Shown here piece by piece: positions 27,555-40,328 of a stretch of DNA of 64,000 nt. Both the position numbers and the translations under genes were made by a program. Location: NCBI RefSeq assembly GCF_022045235.1, contig NW_027266268.1, positions 19,530,001 through 19,594,000 on the forward strand, read 5' to 3'. The stretch is from Haliotis cracherodii. Lineage: Eukaryota. The stretch's first letter is position 1, and each line of letters opens with the position of its first letter. The notes beneath the pieces are model-generated. The model saw only the letters and a list, made by a program, of their open reading frames with translations, had not been told where the DNA came from and searched no databases.

Positions 27555-27564
27555 GTCACGTGAC
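27555..27564. promoter_or_regulatory. Palindromic E-box GTCACGTGAC (CLEAR/USF/MiT-TFE type) 60 bp upstream of the MGST1-A ATG
   Basis: Exact motif; homologous cacgtgac retained upstream of the intact B exon 1 (38851-38858). Confidence 0.5.
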
Positions 27565-27773
27565 TGCGTTTGTTATCACATGTACTGACGGGGGACATAT
27601 CCGGTTTAATCACATTTGTGAATTCATGGCTCCGCGAGCGAGCACGGCGGTAGAAATTTAGATATGTATGCTTACATCTAACACCTTTTTTTATAACCTC
27701 TGTTATAAAATATGTCAATTCGTAGGAATATATTGCACATATATTATCGTCAATATTTCCTTGTTTGTTTGTC

Positions 27774-27900
27774 AGTTATCGCCGCACTCTGCCTTATCGT
27801 AGTTATCGCCGCACTCAGCCTTATCGTAGTTATTGCCGCACTCAGCCTTATCGTAGTTATCGCCGCACTCAGCTTTATCGTAGTTATCGCCGCACTCAGC
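27774..27900. repeat. 27-bp tandem repeat (about 5 copies) derived from a SINE-C tail
   Basis: gttatcgccgcactcagccttatcgta repeated, running into caatattccagct. Confidence 0.85.
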
Positions 27901-28249
27901 AATATTCCAGCTCCTTGGACTTTCCATAAGAGAATAAATTTTACTTGGATCTGATCAGCGACACATCGATCCTACAAATGTAATTATCTTACTTTGCAAA
28001 TTCGTAATTTTTAAATATAGATATTCAAAAAAGGTACCGAACTCCCAGTTTCTTAAAAAAGAGATTTACAAATATTACATGCTTACAAAATACACAGCTC
28101 TCATAAGTAATAGTATCGATAAATTCTACAAATTTTGGTCATCTTGTCATCTTTTGTTTCCCACACAATAATTCTGTCTATTCTGCCTATGTATTACATT
28201 GTATAGCCCATGTGTAAAAATGCAACAAAAATAAAGTTAAAAAAAAAGA

Positions 28250-28800
28250 AGAATAAATTGCATCAATAATTTCCTCAACAGTGATATTGGCATCAAGAAT
28301 ACATCGATCAATATCAGTATAATGCTCATGATGACACATATCTGTATCTGTATCAGAACTGGCTAAGTTCTCAACCATATCAGCAGTATGGAAGTTGGAA
28401 GACATCTTTGAAATGAGTTAACCAATCGGCGGGATTAAGTTTACAATTGGTTTATGACTTTAAGTTAATATTTCGTAACTCTTTCAAACATTCTGTAGGG
28501 TTGTCCGGAAATTCGCATACTAGTACCTTATCCACTTTCTGTTGCCGAACTTGAAAGCTATATCTCCCACATGTTTGCTTATATTTATTCCAAACAGTAC
28601 AATATTGTTTTCTGGAATGTCCATTTCTATGTCGTCTGAATTGACGACGTGCTCTCCTGTAGGCACGTTTAGCAGATCTACATGCACCATTTGATGTTAT
28701 TCTATAGGATGTATTATGGATATTTGACACACGTTTTCTTACAATCAGCTGATTCTAAAATATTTTTTACAAATCGTTCAGAGCTATATATCTTCATTTA
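28250..28800 (-). mobile_element. Degenerate non-LTR retrotransposon ORF2 remnant
   Basis: CRSAKRAYRRARRQFRRHRN...YK and LDANITVEEIIDAI resemble the linker between the endonuclease and RT domains; interrupted by stops. Confidence 0.6.
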
Positions 28801-28954
28801 CATCAACATCTAACAACGGACGATCTAATAGTTAACATATTAGGTCGGAAACTATTATTACAACGATAGTTCAGCTAACTGTACACGACCAACCCACACA
28901 ACAACACAAGACGTGAGTGAATAAATAGTCAATTTGTTAGTCAGCCATAGAATG

Positions 28955-29217
28955 GTTTGCTTGGTTGTTTTACGCCGCACTCAGCAATATTCCTGCTATA
29001 TGACGGCGGTCTGTAAATAATCGAGTCTGGACCAGACAATCCAGTGTTTGACAGCATGAGCATCGATCCACGCATTTTGGGATCGATGACATGTATTAAC
29101 CAAGTCAGCGAGCCTGACCACCGATCCCGTTAGTTGCCTTTTACGACAAGCATAGTCGCCTTTTACGGCAAGTATGGGTTGCTGAAGACCTATTATATCC
29201 CGGAATCTTCACGGGTC
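28955..29217 (-). mobile_element. SINE family C
   Basis: Full length; TSD cagccatagaatg. Confidence 0.9.
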
Positions 29218-29723
29218 CAGCCATAGAATGATTTGTGACTGTCTGTCGTCCGTATTTATACCTAGCTGCTACAGATAATCTAATTGACTGATGAAACTGA
29301 CGATAAAGTTGTTATCTTTGTTAAGTTGTAACCTTAGTGGCGCTTTCTAGACAGAATTATATAATATAGTTTGACCGAGCCATTGATGATAAAGGTGTTT
29401 ATGAGTGAAGTTTAGTAAGAATAGCAGTTCACCAGTTGCTAGTATGCAACGTATGTATACGTGGTACGGGTGATTTGATAAGGGTGGATGATAAACAGCT
29501 GTAGGTACAAATGAAAAAATAAACGTCTTGCATTTGTTTGTCAACTTTATCTGAGCGATGCATCTTGAGAGATGCGGGTCCTGTCCCATGTGCGTTATCG
29601 GGTTGACCCTTGGCAGTCTAAAGATAATGGAACGTGAGCCGTTGTATGTAGTAATCATTATGTTTATTAATACATGTACTGCCAAGTCAATGTTAGTATA
29701 TTCAGCATAATGTCAATGTCGTA

Positions 29724-29897
29724 CAGTAAACTATGTTTATAACGAACACGCTTACAACGAACTGTCGGATATAACGAACCTTTTTTTTTGTCCAAGCCAT
29801 TTGCTGTGTTTATGGTGTATATATGTCTATAACGAACTCGCTTACAACGAACTAAACTTAGTGGTCCCTTTGAGTTCGTTACAACCGTAGTTTACAG
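29724..29897. mobile_element. TA-flanked pogo/Tigger-like MITE
   Basis: TA|cagtaaactatgtttataacgaac ... gttcgttacaaccgtagtttacag|TA; absent from the paralogous site near 19060. Confidence 0.8.
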
Positions 29898-30420
29898 TAT
29901 TTGTGTTTAGTTTGCTGTTGTAGCGTGATATCTTCTCTCTCAAATATATTGCACTACACATTGTTCCCTTGTAAGAAAAATATTTTTTATAGTTTTATAA
30001 ATGCCAAATGTGTCCAGTTGTTCTTTCAAACTTTTTGTAACAATTCCTGAAACAGCTTTATCCTCATCGTCATTACTTCACGGGTTGGTATACACTACGC
30101 GGCTCCTTCGGCCAAGAGGGGCTCGTGTGGTCACGTCATGTAAGGTGCTGCAATTTGCTGTTTAGAATTGCGTCCCTTTGGCACGCCAGAAACCGATTGT
30201 CGTGGTTTCGAAGCCTGGTTCAGCCAGATTATGTTTCAAGGTTTGTCAGCATCATGCCCGCACTCGTGGGTTTCCTTGTGCGTACCCTGTCATTGCTCTC
30301 AGTTAAAACTGTACAGAGCAGACAGGCAAAGTTATGAAGTGAGAAACATGGCCATGTGTGTGATGTCAGCCCTCTGCTTGTCTGGACACTCACTGGCAGA
30401 AACCTTCTCGCTTGCCCAGG

Positions 30421-30685
30421 TTGGTTGGTTTGTTTGTGTGTTGTTTAACGCCGCACTCAGCAGTATTCCAGCTATATGACGGCGGTCTGTAAATAATCGA
30501 GTCTGGACCAGACAATCTAGTGATTGATATCATGAGCATCGATCCACGCAATTGGGATTGATGATATGCATCAACCAAGTCAGCGATCCTGACCACCCGA
30601 TCCTGTTAGTCGCCTTTTACGACAAGCATAGACACCTTTTTTCGGCAAGCATGGGTTGCTGAAGACCTATTCTACCCCGGAATCC
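30421..30685 (-). mobile_element. SINE family C
   Basis: TSD cgcttgcccagg. Confidence 0.88.
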
Positions 30686-32213
30686 GCTTGCCCAGGCCAT
30701 GGCTTGATTCGGAGGTTACAAATGGTGACTGCACTGCAAAGCGGCCTTGGGTATTTATGGGAGATTCTTGCAGTGTATGCATAGCTGTGAAGTATTGACA
30801 ATGATTTCCCCGATAATTCCCATACTTCAATATAGACTTACAATAGTCGTAGATAAAATCGATTTGTGGAATGGATCACAGACAGTTTATTCATTTAAGT
30901 TCGATGTCATGAATTGAAACAATTTGAACTTGTGTATGGGTTTAATAAGCGTCCCTCTTTGTCAAGTTTCTAAACGCCCGGGAGCGTTTATTAGGACAAT
31001 TACGGTAATGTGATTTGCTGTGCATATTTAACACAAATATGCAGCATATATGGAACATGATTAGATCAAACAATGAAAACAGTACTGTTCAAACCTTTAA
31101 TAAAGCCAATAAAATGTACATCTCTGACATCATCTAATAAAACCAAAATCACCAAAGTGATAGGACAACACACTTAAGAACCTTCCATGAAGACACAGCC
31201 ACAAATTACACGTTTCTATTAGATATCGACAGAACACTGTTCTGTCCCTGATTTCAAAGTAGAAGCCAAACGATTGTTTTTACCAACAATACATCCTTTA
31301 CCAGGACATGCAGTGAATATTTTCTTTTATTGCCTCAAATATTTGGTCCCTCACTCATCTAAGGTCACATTCTGACTGCAGGTGTAATGATACGGTGGGG
31401 CAGCGATACGATACTTATCCTGATACTATGGGTGCGATACGATTCATATCCCGATACTATGGGTGCGATACGATTCATATCCCGATACTATGGGTGCGAT
31501 ACAATTCGTATCCCGATACTATGGGTGCGATACGATTCGTATCCCGCTACAGTACTTTGCAGGTGAATCACAACCCTGAATCATTTGTTTTTAGTTTTCA
31601 TGGAGCGGAGATGGGATATTGTAGGGCAGAAACATATAGGTTAGATGACACAGGGGATGTTATGCTACTTACAGCTACATGGGAAATACCAGAGACTCTG
31701 TGAAAGCAGGTTGCTGAACAGTTTCTGTTATTATTCCCATCGTTTTACAATACATCTTGTAATGAAATGTATTGCATGTATTGCGATACAGGGGTTGTAA
31801 ATCTATCTATTGTATCGTGGGACTTGTATCACCATACAAGACTGTATTGCCGCATCGTTACATTACTAGTGCCTAGAAAATGAACAAACAATTTACAGGT
31901 TCGAACCATCATTCAAAGAATTCATTTGTTAGTGAAACCTTGGTCCATTTACTATTATATTTGTTGAAAACATGTCACATAATGATTGAGTTCTTCATAT
32001 CAGATATCCTGTCCTTGTCATATGAGTTTGCTGAAGAGAGAGTAGATTCCATGGTGTCCACTTCCTGTCTGGACAAAGGCCTCACAACTGGAGCCATGGA
32101 CAATGCGGTACTCATCCACAGTTCTCTTTTAAAGGCCATTTAAGCAATCAATTTATTATTTCGCACCATTTTACAAAGTCTTACACCCTACAGTATGATA
32201 GCTTATGGGGGAG

Positions 32214-32457
32214 CTAATATTTGGTAGCAGACAAGATGCTCCAAGCCATGGACACTGTGGCCAAGAGACCAGCGAGGAAACCAAGGACTCGTGATGGCTG
32301 AGGCAGGGGTAACAGATAGGCGATGGTGTGGAAAAACCGGGCACCCGTGAAGATGCGGAAGTGCAGGAGGGCGGAGCCGAGACTTGGGCCAGTTGCTGTG
32401 TACAGCAGACCAATCAGAACAAAGGGAATGACATTCTCAAGGTCATTCATGTGGCAC
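32214..32457 (-). CDS. MGST1: MGST1 copy B, coding exon 3
   Basis: tttcag|G TGC CAC...; CHMNDLENVIPFVLIGLLYTATGPSLGSALLHFRIFTGARFFHTIAYLLPLPQPSRVLGFLAGLLATVSMAWSILSATKY*. Confidence 0.94.
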
Positions 32458-33262
32458 CTGAAACAGACGAAGGCCAATGATTGTTGCACGTGGGATGAGG
32501 TGTAATCAGACCCAACTATTAGACTAAAATTATATCTTAAAAGTTTATCATTTAACAATGAAAAATCGCTTTGTATGAAACTAGAATTTATTGGTTACCG
32601 TAACAATTTTCCTCCTGTTTTACACTGATTGTTATTAATAACCTTAAGACAGTGGTGGGTCCAAGCTCTTTGGTTTAAAACAAATTCTTTGAAAAAACAC
32701 ATACAAGGAGAATAAAGAATAATTGTTGCTGGGTTCGAGCATTTACTGTCCAAATTATAATTCCAAATCTGTTTGTGGTGATTTGTTTGTGACGACAGAC
32801 TACCATAATACTTAGAGGTTATAAAATTTCAGTTTTCATATCTTACCCCATATCAACCTCAGACCCCAAAATCAGCCTTTTTATCACATACCACAACATC
32901 AACTGGTAAAATGTATCCATTCACAAAAAATCTCTAAATTCTGTCCGTCTGTTCTGTTCTGTCTAAAGTCCGTAAGAATGTGTTCACCTTTGTTTGGAAG
33001 ACATTGTCACGTGACAGCTAGCCGAGCAGACGACGCACAAAGGGACATAACTATTACATTTTACCAACCAGACAGATAACAATAGCCCATTCAAAATGCT
33101 TTGACTTGCCATTTCAGGCCCGGCAGGGGATGTAATACGAGTCTGGTTGTTACACCCCTTCTGATATGCCCGTCTCCAAGTTGCCTCTATCACACATGCG
33201 AAATATCTCATATCATTGATGAGTATATTATAATATGAGTTACGTGTGTCACAAGAGGGTTG

Positions 33263-33540
33263 AACCCGTGAGGATCCGGGGTAGAATAGGTCTTCAGCAA
33301 CCCATGCTTGCCGTAAATGGTGACTATGCTTGTCGTAAATGGCGACTAACGGGATCGGGTGGTCAGGCTCGCTGACTTGGTTGATGCATGTCATCGATCC
33401 CAATTGCGTGGATCGATGCTCATGATATCAATCACTGGATTGTCTGGTCCAGACTCGATTATTTACAGACCGCCGTCATATAGCTGGAATATTGCTGAGT
33501 GCGGCGTTAAACAACAAACAAACAAACAAAACAAACAAAC
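33263..33540 (+). mobile_element. SINE family C in intron 2 of MGST1-B
   Basis: TSD acaagagggttg; empty paralogous site at about 23017 in copy A. Confidence 0.92.
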
Positions 33541-33610
33541 ACAAGAGGGTTGTAGGCATTCATCGAGAAGAAGATGAGTTCACAACTTAAAAAAGAATTA
33601 TTTCACTCAC

Positions 33611-33690
33611 CGGCGGACCCTCTCAACTGTTTCATGTGTCGTTGGTTTGGGTGCTCCCAGGCCGGATGCGTCCTCGGGATTGATATATAC
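33611..33690 (-). CDS. MGST1: MGST1 copy B, coding exon 2
   Basis: tcatag|GTA...CGC CG|gtgagt; 80 nt; VYINPEDASGLGAPKPTTHETVERVR(R). Confidence 0.92.
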
Positions 33691-34239
33691 CTATGAAAAA
33701 AAAGAAACATCAATCATGCATTATTAAGCAATCCGGAATAGGAACTAGTGGGCAAATGAAAGTATACACCCATATCTGATGGTAAAAAAAATGAAAATAA
33801 AAAAGAGAATGTTAATCAATGATGGTGTATGTATAGGAGAATATCCTCAATCTCGCGATTATTATCGCGAAAATAATCGCGAGATTGAGGACTTTCTCCT
33901 ACTTAAAAGAAAATTCGATCAAGATAATGCCTCAAACTAATCTTCAAGTGATATTCACTTTACTATGCTATACTGTGGGAGGGGAACCCTCTCAAGGAAA
34001 ACGATAGGACGATTAAGTACCCATACTCAAACTATTGGAGTGTTAGCAAAATGATTACATCTATCCAACTGTTATCAAAGTTCACGTAACTTCGTTTTAT
34101 TCGTTAATAGGGTCACATGCGATAGTCCATGCAGAATTGTAGTGCGAGACTCAAAACTGGTGACGTGAACATGGGGGTGGTCAGATCACAGTTCACAGGA
34201 AAGATCAGAGTCACCCAGGTACTGTCTTTATAAGTGTGT

Positions 34240-34680
34240 GGTCTTTAACGGACGCCTGGTACGCCCAGTAACGAGTATGACCACCGTGAGCACTAATGTA
34301 CGCCCAGACTCGCCGCCTCATAGATGTTGTCAGCCGCCTGATGACGTAATCGGGAATCCGATTCTTTTCAATTCTTACAGCGTCGGCAAGCTGTTGCTGG
34401 TTTGCTGGCGTGTGTGCGCGTCGGGTGAGAGTGCACGGAAGAACGTTGACGTTGTATGTATTTAAGAGTGTTCACTGTTGCTGTTGGCGAAGGAATGGAA
34501 GCACCACGGGTTGAAGAACATCTTCTTTGTATCGCTGGCCCTGGCCCTTGACGTTGCCACGGATGATGACAAGTCTCCCCAGAAATTCCACCCCAAATTA
34601 TCACACTACCTCCACCATAGGGATGAACGTCTTGAATGCAGCCTGGCACCAAACGTTATGATTGAACACAATTCCTAACA
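34240..34680 (-). mobile_element. Tc1-like transposase remnant
   Basis: PYGGGSVIIWGGIS motif typical of Tc1 DDE domains; frameshifted. Confidence 0.75.
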
Positions 34681-35029
34681 AAATACAGTTACTGTAATTG
34701 TATTTCACGGTTTTACGGTATTCTGTGATTCAAGAATTATTTTCATGCTAATCTATTTTTTGTCAGTTTTACGGTATACCGGTAATGACATTGCACAAAT
34801 ACGTCTGCAAATGACTGAGCACTTGGCGTTGGCAGTTGTTGCCATACGTGTATAGTCTGTTGATCTCCCTTATGCAATATAGACACTATATGGGTGACTG
34901 GACATCATTGCGAAATGAAGCAATATCCTCAGTGGTTGAATATTCGGTCATAGTTCGCAGGTGTGGAGCTGTTAACTCGCTACATTTATAGGTTCCGGCT
35001 TCGTAGTTCACAACAAAATATGCACTTAC

Positions 35030-35151
35030 ATGTAGTTTTTAGTTATTCTGTGAAATGAAGTGACAAAACTCATTGCCATGGTTTTTTAAACAACCGCTGT
35101 GGCATAGAACGCAAAGTGGGGGAACACGGGATTGTCAAATACACCAGCCAT
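35030..35151 (-). pseudogene. MGST1: Dead duplicate of MGST1 exon 1
   Basis: MAGVFDNPVFPHFAFYATAVV then TAA where copy A has TTA; extra bases before the gtaagt donor make it 122 nt (out of frame). Confidence 0.88.
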
Positions 35152-36109
35152 GCAAAACGATTTCTCGACACAAAAACTGTGACACGCTTTGCGGTAAGCG
35201 CGAAGGGGCAGTACGTGACTGCATGTGTTATCACGCGAAGGACAAGGATATAACTTGCTTAATCACATTTGTGAATTCGTGGCTCTGCGAGCGAGAGAGA
35301 AATTTAAGTATTCATAGTCACACCTTGCACTTCTTTCATTACCTCTTATTTAAAAAAACATTCCATTTGTTGTAATATATTGCACCTGAGACCATCAAAT
35401 ATCTTTGGTCTTTGATTGCACATATTGTCTTATATCTTTCATTCTGTTTTTGTCTGTTAATTTATCGCCGCACTCAGCAATATTCTAGCTTCAAAGTAGC
35501 CTGTACATAACGGAATCTGGGCCAGACAAAATATCCAGTGGTTGATACAATGAGCAACGTCTCACGCCGTCGGGGTACGATGACATGCAATCAACCAAGT
35601 CACCGAGCTTGACCACCCGATCCACTTTCGAGCATAGTGTAGATAGTCTTCAATACATTGTGTAAATGTTTTCATTCAGTGACATTTCAGCAGTTTAAAA
35701 TTGTTTTAAACTTCGGTCGACAAGAGAAGAGCCTGAGAAGAAAACATACGGTTTAATGGAGATATCTTGAGATATTTGATGACTACGCTAATCGTGTCGA
35801 TGCATGTTTCGAGTATCTTTTAATGGCGTTGTGAGGCCGCAATACCCCAGCAATATCACGGCAGGGAACACGAAGAACGAGATTCGCACCGTGTGCCCAT
35901 ACTCAAAAGCGACCCCGGGTCTTCGAGCGTCACTTTACCACTTGCCTGTACCCTACAGCTTTCAATGTATGGGAAGTAGAATTATCAACGGACAATATGA
36001 AATTACATTTTGTAAACTAAACACTGAAGGATGTACAGTTATCACAACTATATGGGAGAGTAGCCATAGAAAACAGACACCACTACTCCCCACACATGCT
36101 CAAGAATTT

Positions 36110-36530
36110 GTGTCCTCATGGCGAATACGGGTCAGAATGGGTCCTTTACAACACCCATCCCTGTCTCCTCGTGTAGGATCCTGGTCAGAATATGTCCTTA
36201 ACAACCATGCTTGTCTCCTTGTGGGGGATCCTGGTCAGAATGGGCCCTTAACAACCATGCTTGTCTCCTTGTGGGGGATCCTGGTCAGAATGGGTCCTTA
36301 ACACCCATGCTTGTCTCCTTGTGGGGGGTCCTGGTCAGAATGGGATCCTCAACACCCATGCTTGTCTCCACGTGGAGGATCCAGGTCGGAATGGACCCTC
36401 AACACCCGTGCCGGTCTCCTCGTGGAGCATCCAGGTCAGAATGGACCCAAAACACCCATGCTTGTCTCCTCGTGGAGGATCCTCGTCACAATGTGTCCAC
36501 AACACCCATACCGGTCTCCACGTGGAGTCC
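36110..36530. repeat. About 50-bp minisatellite (about 8 copies)
   Basis: aacacccatgcttgtctccttgtgggggatcctggtcagaatgggtcctt; a single related unit lies near 39160. Confidence 0.88.
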
Positions 36531-37290
36531 ATATGTTTTGAGTATCATATAACACCCGTAATTATGATAATATATAACAGCTTCATTTGAACAAGGTTCA
36601 ATTCAATTTCATGTATTAAAATACCCATGTCCTATTTATAACCATTTGTATAACGTAATTGGTCTTTTTGTATAGTATCTGCACATACATTCGTTGTAAC
36701 GCATGAGTATGCGAGATGAACAGTCGACATTGTCACCAACCGACAGCGAAAAGGTATCAATATCAGTTGTTACTATGAAATGTTGGTACGTTAATGTTTC
36801 TGCTATCCTCACACAAGCATTCCCCCAGAGGCACATGTGTCTGAAGCGACATCCCTTAGTTTGAATGTGATCACATAAACATGTTTGGTTTGGTGAAATC
36901 CATTATTAATAAAGATGAAAGGTTAAACATGTTTGAAAACCATTGAAAATATTAATAATAACTCATTAGAGTTAACAGCTGAAGTCTCAGTATAGTGATA
37001 TACTGTGATTCAAAAATAGTTAATATGCTAATCTCGTTTGTGGCAGTTTTACGGTATAACTGCGATGACATTGCGCAATTATGCCTGCAGTTAACTGAGC
37101 CCTTGGCGCAATTTCACCCGCAGCTTACATATGACAGTTGTTGCTGAATATTTACTTGTGTCTGTTGTGTCATTCTAACTGCATGAGTATGCAAAATCCA
37201 CAGCGGTTGAATACCCGGTCAGAGTTCGCAGGTGTGGCGCTATTTCACAACATTCATTGGTTTAGGCTTCGTAACAAAATACGAACTTAC

Positions 37291-37367
37291 CTGTTGGGTC
37301 ATTCAGTGAAATGAAGTGACAAAACTCATTGCCATGGTTTGTAAAACAACCACTGTGGCATAGAACG
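37291..37367 (-). pseudogene. MGST1: 5'-truncated dead duplicate of MGST1 exon 1
   Basis: FYATVVVLQTMAMSFVTSFH then TGA at the conserved Arg codon; ATG half missing; gtaagt donor retained. Confidence 0.87.
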
Positions 37368-37604
37368 GGGGCAGCGAAAAGATATAAATATCCAGAGGCA
37401 CGTGTTCACGAAAAAGCCAAATTATGACAGGTTTAATGGAAGATTGCTCTTTCAGCAAAGCCTTAGTGATGAGGCACCTAACAATCATTAAACCTCCATC
37501 TGAACTAGCTGAAGCGACATCCCTCAGTTTGAATGTGATCACATAAACATGTTTGGTTTGGTGAAATCCTTTGTTAATAAAGATGAAAGGTTAAACATGT
37601 TTGA

Positions 37605-37853
37605 GTGAGTGAGTGAGTGAGTTGGGTTTAACGCCCCATTTAACAGTATTCCAGTCATATCGCGGCGTGTCAGCTTAATGTGGGAGGAAAGTCCGACGTG
37701 ATGCAGGTCTCAGACGTTTACCACTTCGTTGAAACCCACGAGCACGGGTATGGTGCTGACAAACCTAGGAACATAGGTTTCTTGCGTGCCCAAGGGACGC
37801 AACTCTGCACCGCGAATCGCGGAACATTAGACGACTGGGCCATCCGTGCCCCC
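37605..37853 (-). mobile_element. SINE family A
   Basis: TSD taaacatgtttga; empty paralogous site at about 36924. Confidence 0.9.
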
Positions 37854-37889
37854 TAAACATGTTTGAAAACCACTGAATATATTAATAAT

Positions 37890-38128
37890 AAAACTGTGTT
37901 TTCAATGAAGAGCTAGACTACCTGTAGATCTAACCGCGCTAAGTTGAATTTGGAACCGAACCGAATTTGGAATACTCCCAATGATTGAAAAAAGTAATAT
38001 TCAATGAATATTGGCTTTCGCGGTGGTGCGGCTGTCAAACCAGCTGTTTGAATCAGGGGAGGTTTATTGTGATTTGATAGCCTCTGATTGACCAATCAGA
38101 ATCGAGTAATTTCCAAATTCATGGTCGA
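37890..38128. mobile_element. Dispersed repeat M4, deleted derivative of 54943-55370 (inverted)
   Basis: Both ends match the reverse complement of 54943-55370; absent from the paralogous site at about 36960. Confidence 0.75.
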
Positions 38129-38186
38129 ATTAGAGTTAACAGCTGAAGTCACAGTTTAGTGATATATTGTGATTCAATACTGCATA

Positions 38187-38432
38187 GTGAGTGAGTGAGT
38201 TGAACGCGGCCTTTAACAGTATTCCAGTTATATCGAGGCGTTAGCTTAATGTGGGAGGAAAGCCCGAAGTGACGCAGGTCTCAGACGTTTACCACTTCGC
38301 TGAAACCCACGAGCACGGGTATGGTGCTGACAAACCTAGAAACATAATCGGGGCGAACCGAGATTCGAACGAACCACAATCATAGGTTTTCTGGCGTGCG
38401 CAGCTCTGCACAGCGAATCGGCACAGGCGCCT
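38187..38432 (-). mobile_element. SINE family A
   Basis: Match to family A. Confidence 0.85.
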
Positions 38433-38677
38433 TACAGTGCCTCCTCCTCCTTCCCTCCTCCTCCTCCTTCCCCCCTTACACTCATCGACAGGTGCTACTA
38501 AATGTATCCATCTGTGCTGGTGTGACTTCAATAGGCAATACAGACTGTATCTGGATGACTACTCATCAACTAGTTAGGCAACATCCTCGAAAGTAGAATA
38601 TTCGGTCCAATTCTCCAATAGTGCCATTAGCTCGCAAAATTCATTAATCAAGGCTTCTTAATAAGATATGCATTTAC

Positions 38678-38794
38678 CCTTTTGGTCAGTCTGTGAAATA
38701 CAATGACCAAAGTCATTGCCATGGTTTTCAAGACCACTACTGTGGCATAGAACGCAAAGTAGGGGAACACGGGAGTATCGAACACACCAGCCAT
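38678..38794 (-). CDS. MGST1: MGST1 copy B, coding exon 1 (only intact candidate)
   Basis: ATG...AGG|gtaaat; 117 nt; MAGVFDTPVFPYFAFYATVVVLKTMAMTLVIVFHRLTKR; in phase with exon at 33690; splicing to B is inferred. Confidence 0.82.
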
Positions 38795-39764
38795 TCTGAA
38801 CGATTTCTCAACAACTAAAACACGCTTTGCATTGAGCGCTGTCGGACATCCACGTGACTGCATGTGTAATCACATGAATTGACAAAATATAACCGGTTTA
38901 ATCACATTTGCTATCCATAGATAGATATCCATACTCTCATCTAACCTCACTTTCATTACCTCTGATTTAAAAACAATCCATTGGAAGCAAAATAGTTCAC
39001 ATGTTGTCTTAAATCTTTCTTTTTTGTTTGTTTATTTATCGCCGTACTAAGTAATATTCCAGTTTCAAAGTTGTCTGTACATAATCGAGACTGGTCCAGA
39101 CAAAATATGCAGTGACTGACACAATGAGCACCGTCTCACGCCGTCGGGGTACTAAATGTTCCTCAACACCCGTGCTTGTCTCCCCGTAGATAATGCGGGT
39201 AAGAATATATCTTCAACACACATAATAGTAGTTACTTGTTACTTGATTGTCCCAGAATCGGCAATCAAACTACTTCTAGTGTAGTTTGTGAGTGAGTTGG
39301 GTTTGGCGCCGCCTTTAACAGTATTCCAGTTATATCACGGCGTGTCAGCTAAATTTGGGAGGAAAGCCGGAAGTGATGCAGGTCTCAGACGTTTAATTAT
39401 CACTTCGGTGAAACGCGACGGGGCCACCCGTGCCCCCAGTTCTAGTGTAGAGAATACCACACCAAAGAACTATTTTATAGGTCTTTAACAACCTCTGCTT
39501 ACCGTAAGAGGCGACTAACGGGATCGGGTGGTCAAGCTCGCTAACCTGATTGATGCATGTCATCGTATCCCAATTGCGTGGATCGATGCTCACGACATCA
39601 ACCACTGGATTGTCTGGTTCTGTCGCGATTATTTACCCAACATGGGTACAATGTGTGAAGCCCATTTCTTATGTCCTTCCGCCCTGTAATTGCTGAAATA
39701 TTGCTAAAAGTGTCGTCAATCAATTACTATGTGAATAAAGTAAAAAGGCGCCTTCAAGATTAAT

Positions 39765-39955
39765 TTATACAATCCACTTCACGAATAATGTGAAAAATCC
39801 GCTTCAAGAATACATGTATTGTGAAAAATCCACTTCAAGAATAATGTGAAAAATCCACTTCAAGAATACATGTATAGTGAAAAATCCACTTCAAGAATAA
39901 TGTGAAAAATCCACTTCAAGGATAATGTAAACAATCCACTTCAAAATTAATGTAA
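39765..39955. repeat. About 25-bp tandem repeat
   Basis: gtgaaaaatccacttcaagaataat, about 7 copies, some with a catgta insert. Confidence 0.85.
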
Positions 39956-40208
39956 AAAAAGTTATCTATTTATATTACGCTCTTCGGCAAAAGGAATGGC
40001 ACACCACAAAATACGCCCTCGACTGACAGTCCCGGGCGATGCGGGCACTTGCACAGAAAGGTGTTGGAAAAGAAGACCGGTCTCTGTTTGTCTGCACCAG
40101 GCAACATGGAGTATAGCTGGGTAACTTGGTACATGAAGTATTCGATCAAATATCTGGAGAGTGACATTCAACTGGTTGGGCTTACAAGACAAAATGTGCG
40201 CTTTCAGG

Positions 40209-40328
40209 TTTTTTAGTCATTCTGTGAAATGCCGTGACAAAACACATTTCATTGTTGTTTTTTAAATAAACACTGTGAATATAGAAAGCAAAGTAGGGGA
40301 ACACGGGATTTTCAAATACACCAGCCAT
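40209..40328 (-). pseudogene. MGST1: Dead duplicate of MGST1 exon 1
   Basis: MAGVFENPVFPYFAFY then frameshift and stop; donor lost; insertion about 17 bp upstream of ATG. Confidence 0.85.

Noticed and set aside
33403-33409. XRE-like TTGCGTG in SINE-C copies near detoxification genes
   Set aside because: It is part of the SINE consensus and also occurs in the SCaMC introns, so there is no local enrichment.
35804-36590. Overlapping ORFs with repeated peptides
   Set aside because: Produced by the 50-bp minisatellite and a degenerate SINE.
39985-40200. GC-richer coding-like patch next to the fourth exon-1 copy
   Set aside because: No recognisable homology in any frame.
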